A stretch of 62,453 bases of DNA, from positions 1 to 62,453 of the IMG/VR virus record IMGVR_UViG_3300022173_000339. The stretch is one strand, 5' to 3'. The translations under genes and the position numbers were made by a program. The notes beneath the pieces were generated by a model that was not told the origin of the DNA, did no database searches, and saw only the letters and a program-made list of their open reading frames with translations. Origin of the DNA: a virus (taxonomy: Duplodnaviria; Caudoviricetes). Positions 35,863 through 45,746 of the stretch are shown piece by piece (position 1 is the first letter of the stretch; each line of letters begins with the position of its first letter).

Positions 35863-38800
35863 TTAACAGGTGGGCTTCACTCCCATGATGGAGATGCCCT
35901 GGATGAAGTAGATGGTCTTCGACGCCGGGGCCTGGCCGCCGACGATGGCGGTGCCCAGGGGCGGCGGCTTCGTGATCGTGGTCTGGACGAGGACGGCATC
36001 GGCCAGGAACAGAAGCTGGCCCGGGTTCTTCGGCTTCAGCAACTCGGTCGCGCGCTGGGCCAGGTTCATGTCGGCCGTGGCCACCGCGTCCGCGTAGCTC
36101 GACTCGCTCTTGACGATGTAGGTGAAGATCGCGACTCCGACCGCCTGAGTCGCCGCGCTCTTGATCTGGTCGACGTTGATGCCCGCGAGCGTCAGGGGTT
36201 GGAGCGCGGCGGTCGGTAGAGCCGCGATCGTCGCGCCCGAGGTCTCGGTCAAAATCTTGAAGCTCTTGCCGCCGAGGATCGCGTTCAGCGCCTTCTCCTG
36301 GGCGTCGTTGACCAGCTTCTCGAACTTGGTCACCTGCTTCTGGATCAAGCTCGCGATGTAGTTCGTGATCTTGGCCACGGCCTTGGCCCCGAGGTTCTTC
36401 TTCCCCTTGATGAAGTCGACGATGTCCTTGTAGGCGTCGGACAGCGCCTTCTTCGCGTCGGCGTAGAGGCCGGAGACGACCTGGGACACCGACTTCTTCT
36501 GGTCCTTGGCCTTGGACTCCACGGCCCTGGGATCGTTCGAGCGCAGGAGTTTTCGGCAGAACTGGGCCCGCGCGCGCTCGATCGCGCCGTTGATCTCGGA
36601 GGACAAAGACGATCGAAAACGATCCAAAACCGACGTTTTCGGCTTGTTCGCGGTCATGCCGAAGATGCTGCTGTCCTGGGGCGTGAGGAACGCGGGATTG
36701 CCGCTGGCGATGAACTGAATCTTGTTGTTGACCTCGCGGGCGAAGGCGTCGGCGTCGACACCGTTCTGGCCGAAGGCGAGGCGCATCTGGGCGACGACCG
36801 TGTCCGTGTCGTTCGCGTCCAGGGAGAAGCCGACGCTGCCCTGGGGCAGCGGATCGGTCCAGTGGCGCCCGTGCGTCAGGGTCAGCGTCGTCTCGTAGCT
36901 GCCGCCCTGGACGTAGTTGTGGCTGATGCCCGTGACGTAGTAGACGAGGACGCCGCGCAGGGCCGCGACCGCGCCCGGCGACAGGGAGGAGAGGGAGAAG
37001 GTCAGGGTCGAGACCCCGCTGAGGTTGAGGATGCCGCTGGCCGCCGCCGCCATCTCGTTCGTGGCCACGGTCTTCAGTGTCTGCTGCAAGTCGCCGACGA
37101 AGGCCACGGTGTTGCACAGGCGCATCTCGGGCGTGCCCACGATCGTGACCGTGGCCGACCGGAGCTTGGCGTTGCGCCGGTTCATCCACGCGCGGGCGTA
37201 GCCGTCGCGGCCAGCGTCGCGCGCGTTGTTCCGCAGCAGGGGGTTGACCGTCTTGTTCTGGACCTGCTCGGTGCCGCTCAGGATCGGCACCGACTTCTTC
37301 TGCCACCTGACGCCGAATCGCTGGATCACGGCGTCGGCCGCCGCGATCAGCGAGTCGTTGCGGCGCGCGGAGTTCAAGGGGTTGGTGTCGGCGATGAAGC
37401 TCGGCTGAGAATGGACCTCGACGACGGTCAGGACCTCGGCCTCGTCGACGACGTGGTTCTCGTTCTTGATGTCCACGTTCTCGATGAAATACTGGGCGGC
37501 GAACGGGTTGAGGAAATAGAGCGGCGGGTGGTAGTTGACGACGCCGGTGCTGTCGACGTAGAACTCGAACTCGGTCACGTCCGCGACCTCGCGGCAGATG
37601 TCCCATTTGGTCCGCGCGTCCGTCTCCCACAGACGGAACGCGTTCTTAAACTGCGTGGCGTAGGGCTTCCACCGGGTGAGCAGGTCCTGGAAGAGGTTGA
37701 GCTTCAGGTTCTCGAAGTCGGCGGCGATGCTGACGCGGCGGGTCGTCGTCGTGAACGTCGGGATCGTCTGCCCCGCCTGGGGAACCTGCTCGACCTTGGA
37801 CAGCACGTCGACCTGGCTCAGGCCGAGGAAGGTGCCGGGCGTGCCGACGATCAGGCCCTGGATCAGGTCGGCGCCGGTCTTGAACTGCGGGCTGTTCAGC
37901 ACGTTGTTGTAGGCCGTGACGTTGATGCCGGTGGCTCGGAAGCGGGGGTCCATGTTCGGGTCGATGTTGACGCGGGCGAGGCGCAGGACCTTGCCCACGT
38001 CCTCGGCCGAGACCGTGACCGAGATCGAATTGCCCGAGTAGCCGACCCCAGTTTTCGTGATGAAACCGGTGAAAATCGGCGCATAATCGCCGGGAAACGT
38101 GCTGCCCGTCGCGAGCTTCTTCCGGCCCCAGACCTGGATCATGTCGAAGGGCAGGAGCGCGCACTCGCGCTTGTTCTGGGACAGGATGCTCACGGTCTTG
38201 GCGCTGACGGTCTTGCCCGCGCCGCCCTCGACCAGATTGAGCGAAAAGACCTCGGCGACCTTGAGTCCGGCGAACAGGTCGGGCACGTCGCCGCTGCCCT
38301 CCAGGGGGAGGTGGAAGGTAACGGACGCGTTGCCCGGCTGGCCCATGCGGTTCATCGACGTGCTGACCGTGGTCGGGCCGATCAAGCTGCTGAGCAGGAT
38401 CGGCTCGTAGAAGGGGCGCAGCGGCGACGAGTTCTTCAGGATCAGGATATCCTGGTCGAGGCCCTGGGCCTGCTGGGTCAGGACGCTGAGGAACGAGTTG
38501 AGTTCGCTGATCTTCTGCGTGTCGCTTCCGCCGTAGCTCATGAACTGCACGAGCGCTCCGATCTCGTTGGACAGCAGCAGGCGGAGTTCGCCCTCGGCCG
38601 TGGCCTCGGGAGAGCCGGTGAGCAGGATCGTCAGCGTCCCGTTGATCTGGTCGATCGTGTTCTTCTCGAACGGGGAGAGGACGAAGCGGCTGGCGATTCC
38701 GCTGATCGTGGTCTTCGTCCCGTTGAACCGGCCGATGTCCTTCTCGCGCGGGGCCTGCGCGCCCGGGGGCTGCGGCGTCGAGACGTATTCGACCGGGGCG

Positions 38801-39264
38801 TCCTGGGTGTCCAGGTAATAGGCCTGGTCCTGCGTCAGGCTCTGGACCGTGCCGTCGTCGAGCAGGTTCGTCACCGACTTCTTCGACTTGATGTCGGCGA
38901 TCTGCTGGTTTGTGTCCTTGATCTGGCGGTTGAGGACCTGAAGCTGCTCCTGCTTGGCCAGCAGAGCGTTCTGGAAATCGTTGGACACGGTCGTCGCCTT
39001 CGCGATGACATCGGCCTTGAACTGCGTGGGCTGGTAGTCGGAGAAAATCTTGTTCGCCAGCGCCGCGAAATTCCCGCTCGCGTTCGCCTGCTTGATCTCC
39101 TTCTGCACGTCGGCGCGCTTGGTCGGGTCCTGGTCGATGGGGAAGAGACCGGCGACCTGGGATGGCAGCAGGATCGAGTTCAGGTCGCGCCCAAGCTCCC
39201 CGGGAACGACGAGGCGCCTGACGAAGACCCGGAAGTCGGGGCTGCTGACTCGGACATCGGCCAT
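35863..39264 (-). CDS. baseplate hub protein (gp27/gp44-like) with extensions
   Basis: PIFTGFIT, FEFYVDSTG, ATVTIVGTPEMR, YYVTGISH; upstream of the spike. Confidence 0.75.
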   Translation of the reverse strand: MADVRVSSPDFRVFVRRLVVPGELGRDLNSILLPSQVAGLFPIDQDPTKRADVQKEIKQANASGNFAALANKIFSDYQPTQFKADVIAKATTVSNDFQNALLAKQEQLQVLNRQIKDTNQQIADIKSKKSVTNLLDDGTVQSLTQDQAYYLDTQDAPVEYVSTPQPPGAQAPREKDIGRFNGTKTTISGIASRFVLSPFEKNTIDQINGTLTILLTGSPEATAEGELRLLLSNEIGALVQFMSYGGSDTQKISELNSFLSVLTQQAQGLDQDILILKNSSPLRPFYEPILLSSLIGPTTVSTSMNRMGQPGNASVTFHLPLEGSGDVPDLFAGLKVAEVFSLNLVEGGAGKTVSAKTVSILSQNKRECALLPFDMIQVWGRKKLATGSTFPGDYAPIFTGFITKTGVGYSGNSISVTVSAEDVGKVLRLARVNIDPNMDPRFRATGINVTAYNNVLNSPQFKTGADLIQGLIVGTPGTFLGLSQVDVLSKVEQVPQAGQTIPTFTTTTRRVSIAADFENLKLNLFQDLLTRWKPYATQFKNAFRLWETDARTKWDICREVADVTEFEFYVDSTGVVNYHPPLYFLNPFAAQYFIENVDIKNENHVVDEAEVLTVVEVHSQPSFIADTNPLNSARRNDSLIAAADAVIQRFGVRWQKKSVPILSGTEQVQNKTVNPLLRNNARDAGRDGYARAWMNRRNAKLRSATVTIVGTPEMRLCNTVAFVGDLQQTLKTVATNEMAAAASGILNLSGVSTLTFSLSSLSPGAVAALRGVLVYYVTGISHNYVQGGSYETTLTLTHGRHWTDPLPQGSVGFSLDANDTDTVVAQMRLAFGQNGVDADAFAREVNNKIQFIASGNPAFLTPQDSSIFGMTANKPKTSVLDRFRSSLSSEINGAIERARAQFCRKLLRSNDPRAVESKAKDQKKSVSQVVSGLYADAKKALSDAYKDIVDFIKGKKNLGAKAVAKITNYIASLIQKQVTKFEKLVNDAQEKALNAILGGKSFKILTETSGATIAALPTAALQPLTLAGINVDQIKSAATQAVGVAIFTYIVKSESSYADAVATADMNLAQRATELLKPKNPGQLLFLADAVLVQTTITKPPPLGTAIVGGQAPASKTIYFIQGISIMGVKPTC

Positions 39265-40013
39265 TAGAAGAGTTGGACCCCCCAGCCTTTTCCGAACTGA
39301 TAGTCCTCAGGGACGATCGACACGTCGCTGTTGTTCGTGTTGACGTTGCCGAGGCGGAACTGTTTGCCCAGGCTGATCACGTCACCGACCAGGTTCGACA
39401 GGTTGTTGCCGACGACGAACGCGACGTTCTCGGTCACGACGAAGGTGAAGCTGTAGTTGATCTGGAACGGCGACGCCGCCGACAGCGTGTAGTTGAAGTC
39501 GGTGAAGTATCCCTTGAGCGCCTGGCTCTCGAAGAGCATCCCGATGATCGGCGATCCCCGGAAGGGCTGAGTCGGGTGGAACCGGCCCTGGTAGCACTGG
39601 CGCTTCAGAAGCTCGAACGCGGCCAGCGGCTGCTTGCTGATCTCGAAGTAGGCGGTCGCGGCCTTGACCTCGATGACCTCCAGGTCGTGCCCCCAGAACT
39701 GAACGACGAAGCCGCCGCGCGTCTGCTTCTTGTCGAGCAGGACGTGCTTGTTCACCTGGATCGTCTCGGGGTTGAGGAAGAGTTGGACCACGGGGTTGCG
39801 GACCTGGCCGACGAGGAAGTCCAGGCTCTGGAAGCTGTCCTGGAACGACTGGAACTGGCTCGCCAGGTTCGCGCTCGGGCTCTGGTTCTGGAAGAAGCTC
39901 TTCACGTTCGCGGCCACGTCGAAGGTCGTCCCCGTCTGCCCCAGGAGTCCCGGGATCAGATCGGTGAACGCCATCTTCGTCACCTGCAAGCTGGAGAAGT
40001 TCATGATTCCCAT
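39264..40013 (-). CDS. tail tube initiator-like baseplate protein
   Basis: LNPETI, QTRGGFVVQFWG, GYFTDF, YSFTF; follows the tape measure. Start uncertain. Confidence 0.65.
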   Translation of the reverse strand: MGIMNFSSLQVTKMAFTDLIPGLLGQTGTTFDVAANVKSFFQNQSPSANLASQFQSFQDSFQSLDFLVGQVRNPVVQLFLNPETIQVNKHVLLDKKQTRGGFVVQFWGHDLEVIEVKAATAYFEISKQPLAAFELLKRQCYQGRFHPTQPFRGSPIIGMLFESQALKGYFTDFNYTLSAASPFQINYSFTFVVTENVAFVVGNNLSNLVGDVISLGKQFRLGNVNTNNSDVSIVPEDYQFGKGWGVQLF

Positions 40014-40017
40014 AAAT

Positions 40018-41979
40018 TTATTGCGAGAAGTTCGCCGCGTTCCACTGGTCTTCGACCTGCTGGAGGACATCGGTCTTCAGCTTGTCCATCGCGGCGCTGA
40101 CCTGTCCGCGCACGTCGCCCCGGTCGCCGACCGTGACCTGGAGGCCGCCGAGGCTGATCGACATCCCGCCGCCGCCCTGGCCGCCGCGCACGACGCGCTC
40201 GCCCGCGTGGAGGTAGTAGTTCCCCTCCTCGGGGATGAGGCCGCCGGTCGCGCGGCTCCTGGACGAGACCCGGGCGCGGGTCCGAGCCTGCTCCTGGGTG
40301 ATGTAGCCCTCGCCGCCCGCGCCGGTCAGACCCTGGATCGCCATGCCGACCTTTCCCGTGGCCTCACCACGGATGATCGCGTCGGTCAGGCTCATGACCG
40401 TCGAGTGGAACTCCCGGACCGAGTCGGAGAACTGCTTCGACGCGCCGTCGTAGCGCTTGGCCGTGTCGATCGCGTCGGACTTCATGCGGTCGGTCGTCTC
40501 CTTCGCGGTCAGGGCCGTCGCCTTCTGCTCGTCGGAAGTCGCCGAATGCTTGACGACCGTGCCGTTGAAGAGGTCGAACGTCGCGTCCAAATTCTTGATA
40601 TTGGTGCCGAATTCGCCCAGAAGCTGGTGGAAGATCAGCATCTGCTCCTCGCGCCCGCCACCGGTCTGACGAGCCTGGGCGGCGGCGAGGAGGCGGGGCA
40701 GATCGGATAGCGCGGCCTTGTCCTCGGCCGAGCCGGAGCGGCGCACGTCGGCGGCGCGGAAGATGTCGTGCGCGGCGTCGCCCGTGAACTTCAACTGCTT
40801 GGCCACGTCGGGCAGAAGCTGGTTGACCATGGCGAAGATGCCCGCCTGCTTCTCCAGGCCGAGGCTCTGGGTGTCGGTCAGGCTGATCACGTCCTGGAGG
40901 CTGAGCGTGCCCTTGCGAAGCTCGTCCGTGTAGTGCGAGGCGCCGAACAGGACCTGCTCGAAGCTGGTGCCGACCGCGCGGGTCTGGGCCGACAGGTCGG
41001 TGAAGTTCTTGAGGAAGAAGTCCATCTGGGCGCCCGAGCCCCGGCCGCTCTTGATGATCCGGCCGAACGCCTCGTCGAACTCCTCGCCCGTGCGGGAGAA
41101 TCGGGTTCCCAACTGGGTGCCGACCAGGGACAGGACTCCGAGGTCAGACCCGTAGGCCTTGTGCGCGGCCGACAGCGTGTCGACCTGGCGGGTGTAGGTC
41201 GCGGTCGCGGCGTCGGCCGCGATCAGGCTGCCGCCCGTCTTGTCGATGAGGATTCCGGCGCGCGCCAGCGACAGCGCGAGCCCACCAGCCTCCTTCTCCG
41301 ACAGGTTATACTTGGTCCCGGCGCGGACGATCGCGTCGGTGCCGGTCCTGATCGCGTCGGAGTTCTCCTTGGCCCGGATGCCGCCCTGGAGGAACACATC
41401 GGTCGCCGACTTCTGCGCGTCGGACGCCGAGTCGATGACGGCGACCAGCGTCGTCGCCGCGACGGACATGATGCTGAGCCCGGCGCCAGCGGCCTTCGCC
41501 GCCGTCCCCAGCATCCCGACCTCGTTGTTCGACAGCTTCATCAACGTCTGCCCGAAAATCTGGGCGCCGCCGGTCACGTTCTTGATTAGTTCGGGGCCGG
41601 TGGCCGAGGCCAGGACCGATCCCATGGTGCTGATCGCGCTGGTCGAGGTCGCGACCGCGTCCGACCAGTCCTTGTTCCGCTTCTGCGCGTCGACCAGCGA
41701 GCGTCCGGCCTTCTGGTAGAGGTCGATCATCTCCTTGATCTGCGTGCCCTCGTCCCGGGACTGCCGGGCGTGCTCGCGGATCGCGTCGATCGAATCGCGC
41801 AGAACGCGCTGGTATTCGTATAGGGAGATGCTGTTCTCGCGGTAGGCGTCTTCCGCCTGCTGGACGGACAGGTTCAGGCGCGACAAGACCTCGTCGGTCT
41901 TGTGCGCCGTGTCGGCCAGGTTCTCGCCTCCAAGTCCGTCCTGGAGACCCGGCAGTCCTGCGGGTGGATCGTTAGCCAT
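40018..41979 (-). CDS. tape measure protein
   Basis: 653 aa, Ala/Gly-rich and helical, with ATGG...LHAGERV near the C-terminus; directly after the chaperones. Confidence 0.8.
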   Translation of the reverse strand: MANDPPAGLPGLQDGLGGENLADTAHKTDEVLSRLNLSVQQAEDAYRENSISLYEYQRVLRDSIDAIREHARQSRDEGTQIKEMIDLYQKAGRSLVDAQKRNKDWSDAVATSTSAISTMGSVLASATGPELIKNVTGGAQIFGQTLMKLSNNEVGMLGTAAKAAGAGLSIMSVAATTLVAVIDSASDAQKSATDVFLQGGIRAKENSDAIRTGTDAIVRAGTKYNLSEKEAGGLALSLARAGILIDKTGGSLIAADAATATYTRQVDTLSAAHKAYGSDLGVLSLVGTQLGTRFSRTGEEFDEAFGRIIKSGRGSGAQMDFFLKNFTDLSAQTRAVGTSFEQVLFGASHYTDELRKGTLSLQDVISLTDTQSLGLEKQAGIFAMVNQLLPDVAKQLKFTGDAAHDIFRAADVRRSGSAEDKAALSDLPRLLAAAQARQTGGGREEQMLIFHQLLGEFGTNIKNLDATFDLFNGTVVKHSATSDEQKATALTAKETTDRMKSDAIDTAKRYDGASKQFSDSVREFHSTVMSLTDAIIRGEATGKVGMAIQGLTGAGGEGYITQEQARTRARVSSRSRATGGLIPEEGNYYLHAGERVVRGGQGGGGMSISLGGLQVTVGDRGDVRGQVSAAMDKLKTDVLQQVEDQWNAANFSQ

Positions 41980-42388
41980 TGGTTTGGGTCGCCTGCGCCT
42001 TCGCCAGCATGTCCTGCCTCATCTTCTCCAGGATCGGGCCCGCGTCGGCCATGATCTCCTTCGACTGCTCGACCAACTGAGCCATGCGCTTCTCGTGATC
42101 GAAGTCGACGACCTTGCGGGTCCTGACCTCGGTCTTGCCGTTCACGACCGACGACTCCGTGATCGGCTTCTCCTTCGTCGGCTCGTCGCCACCTCCGACC
42201 AGGAGCTTGGCGATGAACTCCAGCCCTTCCCAAGTCCTCTTCCGCTCTCGATCATCTTCATCGATGGCGCACAGGATGTGGATTCTCTTCTCCCATTCCG
42301 GCAACGCCTCGAACGCTGCGAGCGAAAGTTTAAGTGCCCCGATTACTTTCCAGCGCCAGAAGGCGTAGCCGGGGACGCGGCGTTTTTT
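41972..42388 (-). CDS. tail assembly chaperone, -1 frame extension (GT-like)
   Basis: The -1 frame is open from the slippery site: KRRVPGYAFWRWKV...LPEWEKRIHIL... to 41972. Confidence 0.8.
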   Translation of the reverse strand, partial: KKRRVPGYAFWRWKVIGALKLSLAAFEALPEWEKRIHILCAIDEDDRERKRTWEGLEFIAKLLVGGGDEPTKEKPITESSVVNGKTEVRTRKVVDFDHEKRMAQLVEQSKEIMADAGPILEKMRQDMLAKAQATQTNG

Positions 42389-42753
42389 TCGACCTCCGCG
42401 ATCTGGTCATCGCGCCTCTTCTCCAGCTTCAGCAGTTCGGCGTAGACGCGGTCGACGACCGGCCGGTGCCACTTGTAGATCACCTGCCGAGCCTTGCCCA
42501 GGACGTTCATGCCCTTGGACTTCTCGTCCTCAGACGGCGAAAAAGGCACGCCATCGATCGTTTCGATCGACCGTGCCAATTTCTCCAACTTGAGGATGTG
42601 TTCCTTCGTCTCGCGATCGAAGAGGGACGCGGCGGACATCGCCGACGCCTCCTGATCCGAGTCCAGGGTCTTCATCACGAACTTGCGTCCGAGGACGCTG
42701 ACGTTCTCTTTCACGCTGCCCAAAAGGGCAAGCTCTTCCGCCGGTGAAGTCAT
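42343..42753 (-). CDS. tail assembly chaperone (G-like)
   Basis: AAGGAGGT SD, MTSPAEE...; lies between tube and tape measure. Confidence 0.8.
   Translation of the reverse strand: MTSPAEELALLGSVKENVSVLGRKFVMKTLDSDQEASAMSAASLFDRETKEHILKLEKLARSIETIDGVPFSPSEDEKSKGMNVLGKARQVIYKWHRPVVDRVYAELLKLEKRRDDQIAEVEKNAASPATPSGAGK
42382..42388 (-). other. programmed -1 frameshift slippery heptamer A AAA AAC
   Basis: GAA AAA AAC (E-K-N) near the end of the chaperone gene, in X XXY YYZ phase. Confidence 0.85.
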
Positions 42754-42836
42754 AAGACCTCCTTTCGATCTCTCGGGGAGGCATTGGCCACCCCGCAAAA
42801 TTTTTTATCAGTGCGACGAGTTTACGCGCGCGGCTC

Positions 42837-43457
42837 TTAGTTCTTCTGGACGATCTCGACCTTGTCGGACGTGATCGGAATGCTCTCCTTCAGCGTCGAG
42901 CGCTGGGCCTTGATGTCCATGGCCTCGACGACGAGGAGGTCGCCGGTCCCGACGATCGGGCGGGTGTAGCGCGTCATCCAGCAGTTGTGGAAGGTCGTGA
43001 TCATGACCTTCGTGTCGTCGAGCGGGTGCTGCTCGTTGACCTGGCACTGGAAGCCGATCGGCATGTCCGCCAGGGACGAAACGTCGGCGAGGGTGTGCCC
43101 CGCGCCGAGACGCTTCTGGACCCAGAGGGACAGGGCCGTCTTCGTGTCTTCGAGGCTGAGACCGGCGGCGGCGCTGACGCCCGCGAGGTTTCCGCTCGCG
43201 ATCGCCTTCGCCACGATGCCGATCATGGTCGCCCCGTAGATCGCGACGTGCTCCAGCGCGAGGGAGACGGGCTCGGGCTGGCCGGGCACCATCTCGATGA
43301 CGCCGACCGTCCCGATCTCGTAGATCGCGTTGACGGGACGCGACTGCGTCTCGGTCACGCGACGGGCGTAACCGATGGTGAAGTTGCCGATCTGAAGCTC
43401 GACGTTGGGCGAGATGACCGCGTTGGTGACGGCCCTCGATCCGGTGATGTCAGCCAT
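42837..43457 (-). CDS. tail tube protein
   Basis: IYEIGT...EMVPG, FHNCW; directly after the sheath; AGGAGG SD. Confidence 0.8.
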   Translation of the reverse strand: MADITGSRAVTNAVISPNVELQIGNFTIGYARRVTETQSRPVNAIYEIGTVGVIEMVPGQPEPVSLALEHVAIYGATMIGIVAKAIASGNLAGVSAAAGLSLEDTKTALSLWVQKRLGAGHTLADVSSLADMPIGFQCQVNEQHPLDDTKVMITTFHNCWMTRYTRPIVGTGDLLVVEAMDIKAQRSTLKESIPITSDKVEIVQKN

Positions 43458-43492
43458 AACTTTCTATCCTCCTGCGTTGATTTGGGCCGTCT

Positions 43493-44887
43493 TTAGACCA
43501 GGTTCAGGTCGATGCTGAAGTTGATGTTGATCTCCAAGACCTCTCCGGCGGGCAGGTAGGAGAACGAGACGGTGAACTTCGTGATCGAGTTCGGCTGCCG
43601 GTTGGCCTTCGACGGAGAGAAGGCCTGGATGTCGCCGTTGCCGCGCTCCTCTTCGAGGTAGCCGTCGGTGATGCGCTCGATCTGCGACGGGATCGCCGGG
43701 GACCCGCGCAGACCGATGATGGTGGACTTCAGGCGGCGCCTGAGGCTGGAGATCAGCACGTCGCGGGTCTCCACCGTCGGGATCGACTTCTCGATGTCGT
43801 TGACGACGTTGACCGTCACGTCGTTGACCATCGAGATCGTCCCGCCCACGCTCTCGCAGACCATGGCGCCCACGTCGTCGAGCGTGTCGATCTGGGTCGA
43901 GGAGTAGGTCGTGACGTAGCCGTCGAACGCGGGCAGCAGCTTGTTCAGCGCGGGCTGCGAGCAGACCTGCGTGCTGCGGAATCCCGCGATCGCGGCGGCC
44001 TGGAAGAAGCCGTCGAGCGTGGTCGACACCGGACCGGTGTTGGTCGAGATCGTCAGCGTCGGGTCGAAGTTGGCCGCCAGCGTCAGACGGCCGCTGTTGA
44101 CCTGGTCGAGCCCGAGAGCCTGCGCCGCCGTGATCACGGTGTTGATCGTCGCCGTCTTCTTCACGCCGGTGTAGATGCGCCGCTCCTTGCGGAACTGCGG
44201 GTCCGCCATCTGGATCGCGTGGTTCAGGTAGGCGGCGTTCACCACGGACACGTCGCTGTCGCTGAGCCTGCCGCCCAGGGGCGTCAGGTAGTAGGGGTCG
44301 ATGTTCTGAGCCCCGATCGAGTTCGACAGCGCGGTGAGCGCGCCGGTGAAGTCGGACGCGGCGGGGGAGCCCGCGACCGTGGGGTTGATCTGCGAGATGA
44401 TCAGCGTCTGCGCGCCGATTCCGGGCCCCATCATGATCTGAGCCGCCATCGTGATGTAGGACTCGGGCTTGAGCACGCCCGAGTTGTCGAGCAGCACCGG
44501 CCCGTAGGCCTTGAGGATGTCGTTGAAGTTAGTGAACATCTGCGGGGCGAAGTCGGCCGTGACCTTGGCGTAGGTGTAGGTCACGAAATACTTCGCTCCG
44601 GTGACGGGCTCGGCCCCGCCCGGCGACCAGTCGACGGCGCCGCCGGTCAGGAGGTAGTCGGTCGTCAGCGAGTAGTCGCGCGTGGTGGAGAAGTTGCCGA
44701 CCCGGACGATCGAGGTCGCCGTGTGCGCCAGCGTGTCGGTCCCGGCCGCAGCGCCCTTCGTCACCTGCTCGGTGATGGTGAACGTGACGGCGCCTTCACC
44801 GATGATGGCGGGAACCCGCAGCGACGCCGCAAGCGGCGAGGAAACGGGAGACGACGTGAAGCTGCTGGTAACTCTGGGCCTGGGCAT
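43493..44887 (-). CDS. tail sheath protein
   Basis: AIIG, F..FNDI...YG, ERR, AAAIAG, YxPxGxV..I.I.F C-terminus. Confidence 0.85.
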   Translation of the reverse strand: MPRPRVTSSFTSSPVSSPLAASLRVPAIIGEGAVTFTITEQVTKGAAAGTDTLAHTATSIVRVGNFSTTRDYSLTTDYLLTGGAVDWSPGGAEPVTGAKYFVTYTYAKVTADFAPQMFTNFNDILKAYGPVLLDNSGVLKPESYITMAAQIMMGPGIGAQTLIISQINPTVAGSPAASDFTGALTALSNSIGAQNIDPYYLTPLGGRLSDSDVSVVNAAYLNHAIQMADPQFRKERRIYTGVKKTATINTVITAAQALGLDQVNSGRLTLAANFDPTLTISTNTGPVSTTLDGFFQAAAIAGFRSTQVCSQPALNKLLPAFDGYVTTYSSTQIDTLDDVGAMVCESVGGTISMVNDVTVNVVNDIEKSIPTVETRDVLISSLRRRLKSTIIGLRGSPAIPSQIERITDGYLEEERGNGDIQAFSPSKANRQPNSITKFTVSFSYLPAGEVLEININFSIDLNLV

Positions 44888-44900
44888 GTGGGTGCTCCTC

Positions 44901-45746
44901 CTATAGTGTGCTCACGGCGGTGCCGACGACGGAGATGTCCGTCACCGTCTCCGTATACTGGGCAATCGCCTCGAACTCTGTCGCGATCGCGACGTTGAAC
45001 TTCACCTGATACAACTGGTCTGCGCCGTAGGGAAACTGGGTGAACCCGGCGAAAGTAACGTCGAGAACGACGATTCCCAGCTTGCGTAGAGCCTTCTTCT
45101 TCTCGAACCAAAACAGGGACTGAATGCGGTCGGCCAGCATCGATCGCGACTGCTGGTTGCGGCAGCAGCCGGAGACTTCGAGGTTCATGTCATACCAGCC
45201 GCCGAAGACCTGGCCCGTCGAGTAGTTCTTGACCGAGGCCTCGAAGTTCTTCAGCGGGAAGGCCGAGGCCGGTCCGATAGCGGGCCCCGCCAACTCGACG
45301 TAGTTGATCACGTTGGGGCCCACGGTCTTCTGCTTGATCGGCAGCCGGAATGGCGGCTGCGGGTTCATGCCCGTGGCGTCGCCCGTGTAGCGTAGATCGA
45401 GCACGCTGCTGATGCCGTCGCCGGGGTTGTCCACGACCAGGGCGAGCGGCACGTCGAAGGTCCTGAGGCTGGAGGTCCCGCCCGGCTCCTCGAACAGGGG
45501 CACGCCGAAGAAGGGGCGGACCACGTCGCCGCCGATGCCCATGCGCCGGTTCTTCCCCGGCATCCCCTGGATCACGAGGCAGGGGAAGTCGCGGACCTGG
45601 TAGCCCCAGGAGTCGAAGACCAGGGTCTCGGCCGAGCGCGACGGGCCCGTCTTGTCCGGGGTGAACAGGGGGTCGACGGCCAGGGCCTCGCGCGAGACCT
45701 TGACCGCAGCCCTCGTCGCCGCGAACGACAGGTTTACCACAGCCAT
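44901..45746 (-). CDS. tail completion/terminator-like protein
   Basis: Position upstream of the sheath; FPCLVI and LADRI pattern. Confidence 0.55.
   Translation of the reverse strand: MAVVNLSFAATRAAVKVSREALAVDPLFTPDKTGPSRSAETLVFDSWGYQVRDFPCLVIQGMPGKNRRMGIGGDVVRPFFGVPLFEEPGGTSSLRTFDVPLALVVDNPGDGISSVLDLRYTGDATGMNPQPPFRLPIKQKTVGPNVINYVELAGPAIGPASAFPLKNFEASVKNYSTGQVFGGWYDMNLEVSGCCRNQQSRSMLADRIQSLFWFEKKKALRKLGIVVLDVTFAGFTQFPYGADQLYQVKFNVAIATEFEAIAQYTETVTDISVVGTAVSTL

Noticed and set aside
35861-37630. N-terminal 590 aa of track ORF 34364..37630
   Set aside because: It overlaps the hub gene out of frame with Arg-rich nonsense sequence; the real spike starts at 35860.
32318-44887. Extracellular contractile injection system or tailocin
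   Set aside because: Capsid, scaffold, prohead protease, neck, lysis and helicase genes are linked, which indicates a phage.
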